Positions 28,513 through 38,370 of a stretch of 64,000 bases of DNA are shown in pieces. Both the position numbers and the translations under genes were made by a program. Numbering within the stretch: position 1 is the first letter of the stretch; the number at the start of each line of letters is the position of its first letter. The stretch comes from an uncultured Ruminococcus sp. (GTDB taxonomy: Bacteria > Bacillota > Clostridia > Oscillospirales > Ruminococcaceae), in NCBI GenBank assembly GCA_946528545.1, contig CAMMYU010000179.1, positions 26,086 through 90,085 on the forward strand, read 5' to 3'. Under the pieces are notes generated by a model, which was not told the DNA's origin, searched no databases, and saw only the letters and a list, made by a program, of their open reading frames with translations.

Positions 28513-30006
28513 ATGAGCAAGCAGGCTTTTAATCCATATCTTCCCATCAGCGAATATGTACCCGACGGAGAGCCCCACGTTTTCGGGGACAGAGTTTATA
28601 TTTACGGCTCTCACGATAAAGAAGGCGGAGAAACCTTCTGTATGCTTGATTATGTAACCTACTCGGCACCTGTTGATGACCTCACAGACTGGAGATACGA
28701 GGGCGTTATCTACAAGGCAGAGCAGGATCCCGACTACAAGAACAGAGCTTATATGTACGCTCCCGATGTGGTTCGGGGAAATGACGGCAGATACTACCTC
28801 TACTATGCTATGTCGGGCAAGGACGGTGTAGGCGGATATTACGGTCCTATAAGCGTTGCAGTCAGCGACAGCCCCGCAGGTAAGTTTGAGTTCTTAGGCC
28901 ATGTAAGAAACAAAGACGGCTCTCCTATGCTTGACTATGTCTGCTTTGACCCCGGTGTCATCAATGACAACGGAGTGATAAGAGTTTACTACGGCACTCA
29001 GTATGACTTTGAAGAGCGTGAGGGCGCTATGGAGAGCAAGTGGTTCGTTGATACCGAGTGCTCGATGTTCAATAAAAAGCCCGAGGAAATACTTGAAATG
29101 TGCGAAAAGGACAGCGTTATGGGTCCTGTTTGCGCTGCGCTTGAGGACGATATGCTTACCATCAGGGAAAAGCCCCGTCACATCATTCCCTACAAGGTAA
29201 TGGGCACCGACTTTGAGGAGCACCCCTTCTTTGAAGCAAGCTCTATCAGGAAGGTCGGGGAGAGATACTATTTCATCTATTCCTCTCAGCAGAATCACGA
29301 GCTTTGCTATGCTGTCAGCGACAAGCCCGACAGAGACTTTAAGTTCGGCGGAACTATCGTCTCAAACGGCGATGTAGGCCTTAACGGCAGAAAGCCCGAG
29401 GACAGGCTCAACATGACGGGTACAACTCACGGAAGCATTGAGCAGATAAACGGCAAGTGGTATGTTTTCTATCACAGGCTGACACACAAGTCCGATTACA
29501 GCAGACAGGGCTGCGCCGAGGAAATCACTATAGCCCCCGACGGCTCTATCGCTCAGGCGGAGATCACCTCCTGCGGCCTCAACGGCGGCCCTCTTAAAGC
29601 TGAGGGTGCTTATCCTGCGGTTATTGCCTGCAATATCACAAACGGACATATGCCTCACGGAACGAACAAAAAGCTTGAAGAGCACTTCCCGAACGTAAAC
29701 CACGGCGAATATAACGGCGAGACACTTCGCTATATAGATGAGATCTCTGACGGCACGCTTATTGGCTTCAAGTATTTTGATTTCAAGAACAATAAAAAGC
29801 TTTCCCTCACTGTTGACTCAAAGGCAGAGGGCGAGATAAGCGTCAGCCATGAGCCTGACGGCGAAGTGCTGGGCACGTTCAATGTTTCAAAGACAAACGG
29901 CTTTGAAAAAATAAGCACAGATGTCGGCTTCAAGGACGGAAAGCAGGCCTTGTATCTGCGTTTCAAGGGAAGCGGAGAGCTGAGGCTACTTGACATCAGC
30001 TTCTGA
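28513..30006 (+). CDS. Glycoside hydrolase family 43 with a C-terminal CBM6-like module (no signal peptide)
   Basis: PDGEPHVFGDRVYIYGSHD, YAPD, FDPG, FEAS and HGSI motifs; FKYFDF. Confidence 0.92.
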   Translation: MSKQAFNPYLPISEYVPDGEPHVFGDRVYIYGSHDKEGGETFCMLDYVTYSAPVDDLTDWRYEGVIYKAEQDPDYKNRAYMYAPDVVRGNDGRYYLYYAMSGKDGVGGYYGPISVAVSDSPAGKFEFLGHVRNKDGSPMLDYVCFDPGVINDNGVIRVYYGTQYDFEEREGAMESKWFVDTECSMFNKKPEEILEMCEKDSVMGPVCAALEDDMLTIREKPRHIIPYKVMGTDFEEHPFFEASSIRKVGERYYFIYSSQQNHELCYAVSDKPDRDFKFGGTIVSNGDVGLNGRKPEDRLNMTGTTHGSIEQINGKWYVFYHRLTHKSDYSRQGCAEEITIAPDGSIAQAEITSCGLNGGPLKAEGAYPAVIACNITNGHMPHGTNKKLEEHFPNVNHGEYNGETLRYIDEISDGTLIGFKYFDFKNNKKLSLTVDSKAEGEISVSHEPDGEVLGTFNVSKTNGFEKISTDVGFKDGKQALYLRFKGSGELRLLDISF

Positions 30007-30059
30007 TGCGATATACAAATACATTCTCAAAATAACATTATAAGGGTTGATAAAATACA

Positions 30060-32624
30060 ATGCACAGGAAAACAGTTCCGATGCTTCTGATGCTCCTGCT
30101 GATGATGACAGTATTTCCGTCTTTATCAGTTTCGGCGGCAGATTCCAAGGTCACAACAGTGAACATTCTCAATTACGGAGCAGACGGAACAGACAATACA
30201 GATGATACCATAGCCGTACAGAAGGCTCTGAACACAGCGTTAAGCCTGAGTGCGGACAATAAGGTGAAGGTTGTGTTCCCTAAGGGGCGCTATTATGTCT
30301 GCGCACCTGAGGGTCAAAGCGCCAGAAGCCTGAAAATATACTCAAATACGATAGTTGAGCTTGAGGAAGGCGCTGAGATAATTCGCTCTGCGGATACACC
30401 CTCCACATATATTTTCACAAGCTCAAGTCAGCATAGTATAATATTCAGAGGAGGAAAAATAAACGGAAATGTCCGTGACGGCAAAACCGCCAGAGGTCTT
30501 ATGTCGCTTCGTGATATTTCGGGTCTGGATATAAATGAGGTTGATTTTACAAGCTTCTGCGGCACTCATGCGATCCTTCTCGACGGAATACAGAATCTGA
30601 ATGTCAGCGCCTGCAGCTTCTCGGGCTTCAGAAGGTTTACAGGCACTCTCGAAGAGTACCGTGCGCAGACCAGCGCTACCTCATATTGGGCTTCTGAGGC
30701 TCTGCATATTGACTTCGATTTTCTCTACGGCCGTACTATGAATAACGTAACAGTCTCAGACTGCACCTTTGACGGCTGTACCTCGGGAGTTGGTACTCAC
30801 CATGTTGTTGAAGGCTATGTAGCAAAGAATATAAAAATAACGAATAACGTCTTCAATAACTGCTATTACTGCGGCTGCAATGCTACTGCCTTCAAGGATT
30901 TTGAGTTCTCGGGAAATGTTGCGGCAGGCACTCCTACACTGCTTCTTGCGCAGAACGTAACAGGCAGTATCCATGATAACTACTCGGACAGCTCTGCCTT
31001 AAAAGTAAGCACAAATACAATGAAAAACATCTATCAGTTCGGCATAAACTGCATGGAGCTTTACAAGATGAATGCTATCTCTGTCTCAAACAACAAAGAC
31101 AGAGACACAGGCCTTATCAAGACCATGAACAGCACCGATGTTGAGATTTATAACAATATTCTTTATGTCGGCTCATACACAGGCACTGACAGTGATATGA
31201 ACTGCGGAATAAAAGTATATAACGGCGCAAAAGCCAGGATATACGCAAACACCGTCAGGGGCGCAGCAAGCAGCGGTATTCTCTCTGACAGGTCGGATAC
31301 GGAGATCACAGGAAACACCGTGTATTCCTGCAATGAGGGTATCAGCGTGCAGGGCGGAACTGACAGCAATGTTAATGATAATACCGTTATAAACTGCGGT
31401 TCGGGTATCTCGCTTTACAGCACAGTGAGAGCTTCCGTCAGCGGCAACAAGGTCAGCACCTCGCAGTATTCGGGTATAGTCCTTCTTGAATGTGAGAGCG
31501 CAAGGCTGAACGAAAATACTGTTATTTCATGCACAGACGGCATTGTCCTCGGGGATACCCGCTGCGAGACTGTCAGCGGTAATATCCTTTCCGCACAGAC
31601 AGCCGATGCAATAAGCATTAATGACGGCTCTTCTGTAAAGGCGGTTGAAAAAAACAGCTTCTTTGAAAACTCAGGTAATGATATTTCTCTGAACACAGGC
31701 TCTGAGGTAACACTGGTCAAGGGAAATGCCTCCGATAAAGGCTCTCTGACCACCGACGAGACAGGCAGCGTTTCCTGCTTTATCCCTGAGAATGTGCATG
31801 AGCACAGCTTCATGAGACAGTCAACAAAATCTCCGGGCTGCACATCAGCAGGCTGTTCGGTATCTGTCTGCAGGGACTGCGGTTTGCAATACTGCTCGGC
31901 ACTTTATACTCCTATAGGTCATAGATTTACGGCATCAGTACAGCAGCCGACCTACAGCTCACAGGGAAAAACCGTACACACCTGCTCAATATGCAATATG
32001 AACTATACCGACAGGTACAAGCAGTGCATCACCCTTGATGATGTAAACGGTATGAAAGCACTTGTAAACTCGGCAAATTCGGTAAAGCTCAGCTGGAATA
32101 AGGTAAGCGGTGCGAGCTCCTATGCTGTATATGTGTATAACAAGAGCCTCAGACGCTGGGAATACTACAAGGCTACGAACACAAACACAATGGTTGTAAA
32201 CGGTCTGAATGCAGGCGAGGCATACGCTTTTACGGCAAGGGCTGTTAAGAATACAGCGTCAGGAAAGGTGATGTCTCCCAACTTCAGAAATTTCAGAACA
32301 TCAACAAAGCCTGCTAAGGTCAGCTTCACTGCGAAGTCTGCAAAGGCAAAGACCGTGACTCTCAACTGGAACAAGGTCAAGGGCGCTACCAGCTATGCGG
32401 TGTTCTACAAGACGAAAACAAGCAAGTGGGTAAAGCTTGCAACAGTCAACAACAAGACCACCACGTTCACAAAAACAGGTCTTAAAGAGGGCGGAGCATA
32501 CTATTTCACAGTAAGGGCCTACCGCACCTATGAGGGCGTGACCTACGGCGGTGATTTTACTGCAAAGGGCGTTACTGTCAAGAGTACACCTAAGACAACA
32601 GCGACTAAAAAAGACAGCAAGTAG
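30060..32624 (+). CDS. Secreted right-handed beta-helix (pectin-lyase-fold) protein with Cys/His repeats and two FN3 domains
   Basis: VNILNYGADG..DDT.AVQKAL..V.FPKGRY; many GN/DN repeats; C-terminal FN3 domains. Confidence 0.85.
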   Translation: MHRKTVPMLLMLLLMMTVFPSLSVSAADSKVTTVNILNYGADGTDNTDDTIAVQKALNTALSLSADNKVKVVFPKGRYYVCAPEGQSARSLKIYSNTIVELEEGAEIIRSADTPSTYIFTSSSQHSIIFRGGKINGNVRDGKTARGLMSLRDISGLDINEVDFTSFCGTHAILLDGIQNLNVSACSFSGFRRFTGTLEEYRAQTSATSYWASEALHIDFDFLYGRTMNNVTVSDCTFDGCTSGVGTHHVVEGYVAKNIKITNNVFNNCYYCGCNATAFKDFEFSGNVAAGTPTLLLAQNVTGSIHDNYSDSSALKVSTNTMKNIYQFGINCMELYKMNAISVSNNKDRDTGLIKTMNSTDVEIYNNILYVGSYTGTDSDMNCGIKVYNGAKARIYANTVRGAASSGILSDRSDTEITGNTVYSCNEGISVQGGTDSNVNDNTVINCGSGISLYSTVRASVSGNKVSTSQYSGIVLLECESARLNENTVISCTDGIVLGDTRCETVSGNILSAQTADAISINDGSSVKAVEKNSFFENSGNDISLNTGSEVTLVKGNASDKGSLTTDETGSVSCFIPENVHEHSFMRQSTKSPGCTSAGCSVSVCRDCGLQYCSALYTPIGHRFTASVQQPTYSSQGKTVHTCSICNMNYTDRYKQCITLDDVNGMKALVNSANSVKLSWNKVSGASSYAVYVYNKSLRRWEYYKATNTNTMVVNGLNAGEAYAFTARAVKNTASGKVMSPNFRNFRTSTKPAKVSFTAKSAKAKTVTLNWNKVKGATSYAVFYKTKTSKWVKLATVNNKTTTFTKTGLKEGGAYYFTVRAYRTYEGVTYGGDFTAKGVTVKSTPKTTATKKDSK

Positions 32625-32791
32625 GAGCGCAAACGTTTTCCTGTCAAATTATGTGATAGTTATTTGTGCAGTTTGTATAAATGTTGTGAAAAACCTGCTG
32701 TCAGACTTGATTTTTTTATATAAATGTGTTATAATTAGTTACAATCTTGATAGTGATTCAGGGTGTAAAAATTGTAAAGGAGTGTTTCACA

Positions 32792-33058
32792 ATGGGAAAA
32801 GTTCTTAAGGTTGCTGCAGCCGTTGGCGTAGTTGGTGCAGGTGCTGCTGCTGTTTATGCTCTCAAGAAGAAGAGAGAGCTTGATAATTATGATTATGAGG
32901 ATCTCGATGACGATTTCGATGAGTGCGTAGCTTGCGATACTGAGGATACAGCTGAAGAGGCTGCTGAGGCAGTAGAAGAGACAGCTGAAGATGCTGCCGA
33001 GAGCGCTGAAGAGGCTCTTGACAAGGTTGAGGACGCAGTTGAGGAGATCGACGAATAA
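32792..33058 (+). CDS. Small, highly acidic protein with an N-terminal membrane anchor
   Basis: AAGGAG RBS, hydrophobic N-terminus, D/E/A-rich tail, followed by a terminator. Confidence 0.75.
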   Translation: MGKVLKVAAAVGVVGAGAAAVYALKKKRELDNYDYEDLDDDFDECVACDTEDTAEEAAEAVEETAEDAAESAEEALDKVEDAVEEIDE

Positions 33059-33073
33059 TTTCGTGACCCTTAT

Positions 33074-33104
33074 CACCCGAGCTTTACGGCTCGGGTGTTT
33101 TTTT
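33074..33104 (+). terminator. Intrinsic terminator
   Basis: CACCCGAGC-TTTACG-GCTCGGGTG followed by a T run. Confidence 0.9.
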
Positions 33105-33108
33105 GTGA

Positions 33109-33255
33109 AAAAGTGTGACAGACGAGACCTCATGCACATTTGAAGAACCCTACACCATACTGAACGGAAAAACAAAATGTACAGCGACAGTGTCCTGCGT
33201 GCTGGAAAACGGAAGCTGGAAGATAAGCACAGTCAAGGACGAATATGAGAGCTGA
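33109..33255 (+). pseudogene. 3' remnant of a gene (start-less fragment)
   Basis: Open frame KSVTDETSCTFEEPYTILNGKTKCTATVSCVLENGSWKISTVKDEYES*; the LENGSWKI end resembles secreted or lipoprotein C-termini; followed by a hairpin. Confidence 0.5.
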
Positions 33256-33290
33256 AACAAAAACCTCCACGCAAAAAAACGTGGAGGTTC
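33256..33290. terminator. Hairpin/terminator (T tail on the minus strand)
   Basis: AACCTCCACG-N8-CGTGGAGGTT. Confidence 0.7.
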
Positions 33291-33319
33291 ATTATGCCGA
33301 TAAACTCAAAATAGTGCAG

Positions 33320-33651
33320 AATCAGCCCTCGGCGTGTTCCTCGGCTACGCTCGTCACCGCCTCGGGCGGTGGTGGGAACGGGGGCGTTGCCCCTGCGACC
33401 CTCTGTCCTGCGGACGGCTGTGATTATCACCCAGCTCTGATAAATCATCGGGGACTGGGGCGTAGCCCCAGTGGGTACATAGGGCGAAGCCCTATCCCCC
33501 CCTAATCCAGCCGAGGCTGTCTGGACGTAATGTCCAGACCTGACGAGGCTAAGCTCCGCACTCTCTATCTCTGCGGTCAAGGTAAGAGAAGCCAAAGCAA
33601 AAGAACGTCGCGTATTAGCCGTGCGGCGAGCACTGCAGGGTTTTCCCTGCC
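33320..33651. other. GC-rich non-coding hairpin cluster (possible ssDNA-origin-like mobile remnant)
   Basis: GGGGC-GTT-GCCCC, ACTGGGGC-GTA-GCCCCAGT, ATAGGGC-GAA-GCCCTAT, GTCTGGAC-GTAAT-GTCCAGAC, GCAGGG-TTTT-CCCTGC. Confidence 0.6.
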
Positions 33652-33763
33652 AAAAAAATACCGAGCAACGGTGCTCGGCGGGAAATGAAATAAAAAAACT
33701 ATGTGTAGAACAAAAGAAAGGAGACAACAAAACGGATGCTAATATCTAAAACGTATTAACACC
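33652..33763 (-). ncRNA. Candidate small RNA of about 110 nt with an anti-SD motif
   Basis: TTGACT-N17-TATAAT promoter (33798-33770), no credible ORF, UGUCUCCUUUCUUUUG motif, terminator CCGAGCA-CCGT-TGCTCGG-TATTTTTTT. Confidence 0.7.
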
Positions 33764-33769
33764 ATAATC

Positions 33770-33798
33770 ATTATATAACTTTTCGGAAGTTTAGTCAA
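33770..33798 (-). promoter_or_regulatory. SigA promoter of the candidate sRNA
   Basis: TTGACT-N17-TATAAT. Confidence 0.75.
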
Positions 33799-34081
33799 GT
33801 GAAATCAGGAGTATTGGAAAATTTTGAAAAATATTTCGGTGATTTGCACAATTTTAGTTTTGTTTTTTAGCCGAAAACGTGGTCATATCGGTTTTTATTC
33901 TCTTAAATATTAAAATATTGATATGCAAGATCAAAGCCCCGATGAACCCGAAACAGTCCATCGGAGCTTTGCTGAGGGAATTTTCACGAATATCGGAAGG
34001 AAGTCTGTTCTCTTCACAGACTAAGCAAACCCGTTTTCCCGAGCCCGTTACATGAAAACAGGCTCCCTTCAGATTTCCTTG

Positions 34082-34294
34082 CTACATTCCTGTGCTGAGC
34101 TTAACCTCACGCTCTCTGAATAAAAGCGAGATACACCATACCGCAGATACTGCTACAAGAGTGTAGATCAGTCTTGCGAGAAGTGCTCCCTGACCTCCGA
34201 AAATGAAGGCCACAAGGTCGAACTTGAACAGTCCGATGAGTCCCCAGTTGAGTCCTCCGATTATCAGTAGGATAAGTGCTATCCTGTCCAGCAT
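34082..34294 (-). CDS. DUF378 (YuzA-like) membrane protein
   Basis: IIGGLNWGLIGLFKFDLVAFIFG; AAAGGAGG RBS. Confidence 0.92.
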   Translation of the reverse strand: MLDRIALILLIIGGLNWGLIGLFKFDLVAFIFGGQGALLARLIYTLVAVSAVWCISLLFREREVKLSTGM

Positions 34295-34352
34295 CGGTAT
34301 TCCTCCTTTGCATTTTGATGTGTATGTCAAGCCGATATCGGCGTTGTGCTCT

Positions 34353-34381
34353 TATTATTGACACCCAAAAGCATTTTATTC
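34353..34381 (-). promoter_or_regulatory. SigG/SigF-like promoter of the DUF378 gene
   Basis: GAATA-N17-AATAATA. Confidence 0.4.
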
Positions 34382-34524
34382 ATTTTTGTTTTGGTAAAAA
34401 GTACACAAAAATCTAAAAAAATTTCTATACTCTGAAACGGCAAATTCACTAGACAAAAGCTCAGAGGTGTGTTATAATAGTTGTATATAATTCGATATCT
34501 TAATCGTTTAAGTTATCTCAGGGA

Positions 34525-35556
34525 GTGGTACTTTTGAACAAAATTGAGCTGAACTATCAGTTCAAGGGCATACCCTGCGTCAGAATGATGTCGGGAAAGT
34601 ATGTCTGTGTTATTGCAAATACTATGGGCTCTTCGGTGCTGAGACTCAGAGACGAGGAGAACAGGGTCGAGGTCTTTCGCTATAGTGACGACTGCACGGC
34701 CGATAAAATAAATGAAGCAAGAGAGATATGGGGTCTGCCGACACTGTATCTGCCGAACAGATTCAATAAAGGAGTGCTCAGAACATCAGATGCGGAGTAT
34801 CAGCTCCCGATAAATGAGACAGCGCTCGGCAATTTCATTCACGGCTGGGTGCATAAGAGAGAGCACGAGATAGAGTGCTACTCCACAGAGGACAACAGGT
34901 GCGTACTGGTAACGTCATATACATTTGACAAGAGAGATGAGATGTATCAGTACTTCCCTGTTGATTTCAAGATAAGCTATACGTTTACGCTTTCGGATAA
35001 GGGGCTGCTTCAGGAGATATATCTGACAAGCAACAGTGATAAGGCTCTGCCTGTGTCGATATGCACGCACACCTGCATGAATTCGCCTATGAGTGATGAC
35101 GGCAAGGAGGAGTCGCTGAGACTGTCGGTGCCGATAGGCGAGAGATGCGAGCTTGATGACAGATGTCTGCCGACCGAAAAGCTTCTGCCTCTGAATGATT
35201 ACGACAAGGAATATAAAGAGGGCACAAAGCCCCCTGTACTTTGTGATATATCGAACGATATGTACACCGCTGAGATGAACAAGCTCGACGGCAAGGATTT
35301 CTACGGCGCTGTTGTTTCAGACCTTGTGACGGGGCTTCGTGTATGCAACGAGGTGTCGAAGGAATTCAAGTTCTGGAATATGTGGAACGACAGGGGCTTT
35401 AACGGCTATTTCTGCCCCGAGCCGATGACAGCGATGATAGATGCTCCGAATCTGTCTTTGAGCCGTGATGTATCGGGCTACACAGAGCTTACAAACGGCC
35501 AGACCTATAAGTGCTGGCAGAGGTTCTTTGTTCTCGCAAAGGGCGAAACTTACTAA
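34525..35556 (+). CDS. Aldose 1-epimerase family protein
   Basis: LPNRF, IHGWV, THT and FCPEP motifs; upstream of cellobiose phosphorylase. Confidence 0.88.
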   Translation: MVLLNKIELNYQFKGIPCVRMMSGKYVCVIANTMGSSVLRLRDEENRVEVFRYSDDCTADKINEAREIWGLPTLYLPNRFNKGVLRTSDAEYQLPINETALGNFIHGWVHKREHEIECYSTEDNRCVLVTSYTFDKRDEMYQYFPVDFKISYTFTLSDKGLLQEIYLTSNSDKALPVSICTHTCMNSPMSDDGKEESLRLSVPIGERCELDDRCLPTEKLLPLNDYDKEYKEGTKPPVLCDISNDMYTAEMNKLDGKDFYGAVVSDLVTGLRVCNEVSKEFKFWNMWNDRGFNGYFCPEPMTAMIDAPNLSLSRDVSGYTELTNGQTYKCWQRFFVLAKGETY

Positions 35557-35633
35557 GTAATTAGGCTTCGGCTTAATATATATGCAGGCTGCGGTGCTCT
35601 GCAGCTTGTACATTACGAAAGGTGGTAAAAACT

Positions 35634-38087
35634 ATGAAGTTTGGTTTTTTCGATGACGCCAATAAGGAATATGTCATCACAAACCCCAGAACTCCCTATC
35701 CGTGGATAAACTACCTCGGAACTCAGGAGTTTTTCTCGCTGATCTCCAATACAGCAGGAGGCTACAGCTTCTTTAAGGACGCAAGACTCAGAAGAATTAC
35801 CAGATACCGTTACAACAATGTTCCTGTTGATATGGGCGGAAGATACTTCTATATCAACGATGAGGGTACAGTCTGGAACCCCGGCTGGAGCCCTGTAAAA
35901 ACAGAGCTTGACAGCTATTCCTGCCGTCACGGTATGGGCTACACAATTATCAAGGGCTCGAAGAACGGCCTTGAGGCTGAGGTTTCCTTCTTTGTTCCTC
36001 AGAACTATAACGGTGAGGTCCAGAAGGTAGTTCTTAAAAACACCTCGGACAAGCCCAAGACCTTTAAGCTCTTCTCCTTCCTCGAGTGGTGCCTCTGGAA
36101 CGCACAGGACGACGGAGAGAACTTCCAGAGAAACTTCAACACAGGTGAGGTTGAGATCGAAGGCTCCACTATCTTCCACAAGACAGAGTATAAGGAGAGA
36201 AGAGATCACTTCGCATTCTACACCGTAAACACTGATATCGAAGGCTTCGATACCGACAGAGAGAGCTTCATGGGAAGCGTTTACAACGGCTTTGCTAATC
36301 CTGCAACTGTTTTCGAGGGCAAGCCCTCCAACTCCGTTGCTGACGGCTGGTCGCCTGTGGCTTCGCACTGCGTGAATGTTACTCTCGCAGCAGGCGAGGA
36401 GAAGGCACTTGTGTTCGTTCTCGGTTATGTTGAGAACGGCGAGAACAAGTGGAACGCTGACGGCTCTATGAACAAGTCAAAGGCTTATGAGATGATCGAG
36501 GCTATGAACACTGCCGAGAAGGCTGACAAGGCTCTTGAAGACCTCAAGGCTTCATGGAACGCTCTGCTTGCACAGTACCATGTTGAGACCTCCGATGAGA
36601 AGCTCAACAGAATGGTAAATATCTGGAACCAGTATCAGTGCATGGTAACATTCAATATGTCAAGATCTGCTTCGTACTTTGAAAGCGGTATCGGCAGAGG
36701 AATGGGCTTCCGTGATTCTAACCAGGATCTGCTCGGCTTCGTTCATCAGATCCCTGACAGAGCAAGACAGAGAATTCTCGACCTTGCTGCTACCCAGTTT
36801 GAGGACGGCGGCTGCTATCATCAGTATCAGCCCCTTACCAAGAAGGGTAATGACGCTATCGGCGGTGACTTCTCCGATGATCCGCTGTGGATGATCCTTT
36901 CTACCGCACAGTACATCAAGGAGACAGGCGATTACACCATTCTTGATGAGCAGGTGCCTTATGACAATGATGAGAGCAAGGCTCAGTCAATGATGCACCA
37001 CCTGAAGATGAGCTTCTGGCACGTTGCAGAGAATGTTGGTCCTCACGGACTGCCTCTCGCAATGAGAGCTGACTGGAACGACTGCATCAATCTGAGCTGC
37101 CATTCCGATATACCCGGCGAGAGCTTCCAGACCTATACCTCGCCCAAGTACGGCGATCAGAAGTTCAGCCGTGTGGCTGAGTCGGTGCTCGTAGCAACGA
37201 TGATGGCCTTTATAGGCCCCGAGTATGTTGCACTCTGTAAGCATCAGGGTCTTGACGATGAGGCTGCAAAGGCTCAGGCTGAGATAGACAAGATGAATAA
37301 AAACACTATGGAGCACGCCTTCGACGGAGAGTGGTTCCTGAGAGCTTATGATGACTTCGGAAAGAAGATGGGCTCTAAGGAGTGCGAGGAGGGCAAGATC
37401 TTCATCGAGCCTCAGGGCTTTGCAGTTATGGCAGGTCTCGGCAAGGAGTCGGGCAAGGATATCCTGACCATGAACAGCGTAAAGAAGTATCTTGATACCA
37501 AGTACGGTCTTGTACTTAACAATCCTGCATTCACAAGGTACTATAAGGAGTACGGCGAGATCTCTACATATCCAGGCGGATATAAGGAGAACGCAGGTAT
37601 CTTCTGCCACAACAACGCATGGATAATCTGTGCAGAGGCTGCTATCGGCAGAGGAGATCAGGCATTTGAGTATTACTCCAAGATCGCTCCTGCATATCTT
37701 GAGGACATCTCAGACCTCCACAGGACTGAGCCTTATGTATACGCTCAGATGATCGCAGGTAAGGACGCTAAGCGTCACGGCGAGGCTAAGAACAGCTGGC
37801 TGACAGGTACAGCTTCATGGAACTTTGTAGCTATCTCCCAGTACATACTCGGCTGTATCCCTGACTATAACGGACTGAAAATTGATCCTTCAATCCCGGA
37901 GGCATGGGACGGCTTCAAGCTGAGAAGAATGTTCAGAGGCAACACCTACAACATCACTATCAAGAACCCCGATCACGTTTCAAAGGGCATCAAGAGTGTC
38001 GTTTGTGACGGCGTTAAGGTAAACGGAAATGTTCTCCCTGTATTCGATGCAGGCACAGAGCATGAGGTCGAGGTAGTTATGGGCTGA
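35634..38087 (+). CDS. cbp: Cellobiose phosphorylase (GH94)
   Basis: [64 protein letters not shown]. Confidence 0.93.
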   Translation: MKFGFFDDANKEYVITNPRTPYPWINYLGTQEFFSLISNTAGGYSFFKDARLRRITRYRYNNVPVDMGGRYFYINDEGTVWNPGWSPVKTELDSYSCRHGMGYTIIKGSKNGLEAEVSFFVPQNYNGEVQKVVLKNTSDKPKTFKLFSFLEWCLWNAQDDGENFQRNFNTGEVEIEGSTIFHKTEYKERRDHFAFYTVNTDIEGFDTDRESFMGSVYNGFANPATVFEGKPSNSVADGWSPVASHCVNVTLAAGEEKALVFVLGYVENGENKWNADGSMNKSKAYEMIEAMNTAEKADKALEDLKASWNALLAQYHVETSDEKLNRMVNIWNQYQCMVTFNMSRSASYFESGIGRGMGFRDSNQDLLGFVHQIPDRARQRILDLAATQFEDGGCYHQYQPLTKKGNDAIGGDFSDDPLWMILSTAQYIKETGDYTILDEQVPYDNDESKAQSMMHHLKMSFWHVAENVGPHGLPLAMRADWNDCINLSCHSDIPGESFQTYTSPKYGDQKFSRVAESVLVATMMAFIGPEYVALCKHQGLDDEAAKAQAEIDKMNKNTMEHAFDGEWFLRAYDDFGKKMGSKECEEGKIFIEPQGFAVMAGLGKESGKDILTMNSVKKYLDTKYGLVLNNPAFTRYYKEYGEISTYPGGYKENAGIFCHNNAWIICAEAAIGRGDQAFEYYSKIAPAYLEDISDLHRTEPYVYAQMIAGKDAKRHGEAKNSWLTGTASWNFVAISQYILGCIPDYNGLKIDPSIPEAWDGFKLRRMFRGNTYNITIKNPDHVSKGIKSVVCDGVKVNGNVLPVFDAGTEHEVEVVMG

Positions 38088-38118
38088 TACGCCTTTGGCA
38101 GACAGACTTTGTAAACCG

Positions 38119-38150
38119 AAGAGCTCCGCAATTGCGGGGCTCTTTTTGTT
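38119..38150 (+). terminator. Terminator after cbp
   Basis: AAGAGCTCCGC-AATT-GCGGGGCTCTTTTT. Confidence 0.8.
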
Positions 38151-38283
38151 TCTCCGTTATAGCATGAGACTCATTTTTTGATTTCAGACGTTAATTAATA
38201 AAATCATTCAACTTATGGTTTCGTTAAGTTGTCTAAACCAAAAGGTTAAATTAGTATATTTCACCAAATTTAATTAACAATTC

Positions 38284-38312
38284 TTGACCTCTATAAGCTA
38301 TCGTGCTATAAT
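38284..38312 (+). promoter_or_regulatory. SigA promoter of the pilin gene
   Basis: TTGACC-N17-TATAAT with extended -10 TG. Confidence 0.75.
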
Positions 38313-38370
38313 ATAATAATAAAGAATGGATTATATGGAGAACAAGTAGTAGGAAAGAATAAATGAAGGG

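Noticed and set aside
33515-33600. Hammerhead-like CUGACGA following a hairpin
   Set aside because: The required GAAA after stem II reads AAAG, and no NUH triplet is correctly placed before stem I
33233-33730. Track ORFs 33233..33730(-) and 33245..33505(+)
   Set aside because: No RBS, non-protein-like composition, and they run through hairpins and terminators; probably GC-rich artefacts
33712-33759. Strong RBS-like AAAGAAAGGAG on the plus strand
   Set aside because: Only a 7-codon ORF (MLISKTY) at poor spacing follows; better explained as the anti-SD of the minus-strand sRNA
33755-33782. Possible dif site
   Set aside because: Spacing does not fit the 11-6-11 XerC/XerD layout; explained by the minus-strand -10 box
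33990-34010. SRP RNA (CGGAAGGAAG)
   Set aside because: The flanking CAGG and CAGC of SRP domain IV are missing
35613-36368. Long antisense ORFs over cbp, pckA, proS, nfnB and the other long genes
   Set aside because: Shadow frames of codon-biased genes with no recognisable motifs
23347-38270. Loose TTTGT-N8-ACAAA palindromes in several AT-rich upstream regions
   Set aside because: Too degenerate and variable in spacing to separate from AT-rich background without a motif-enrichment test
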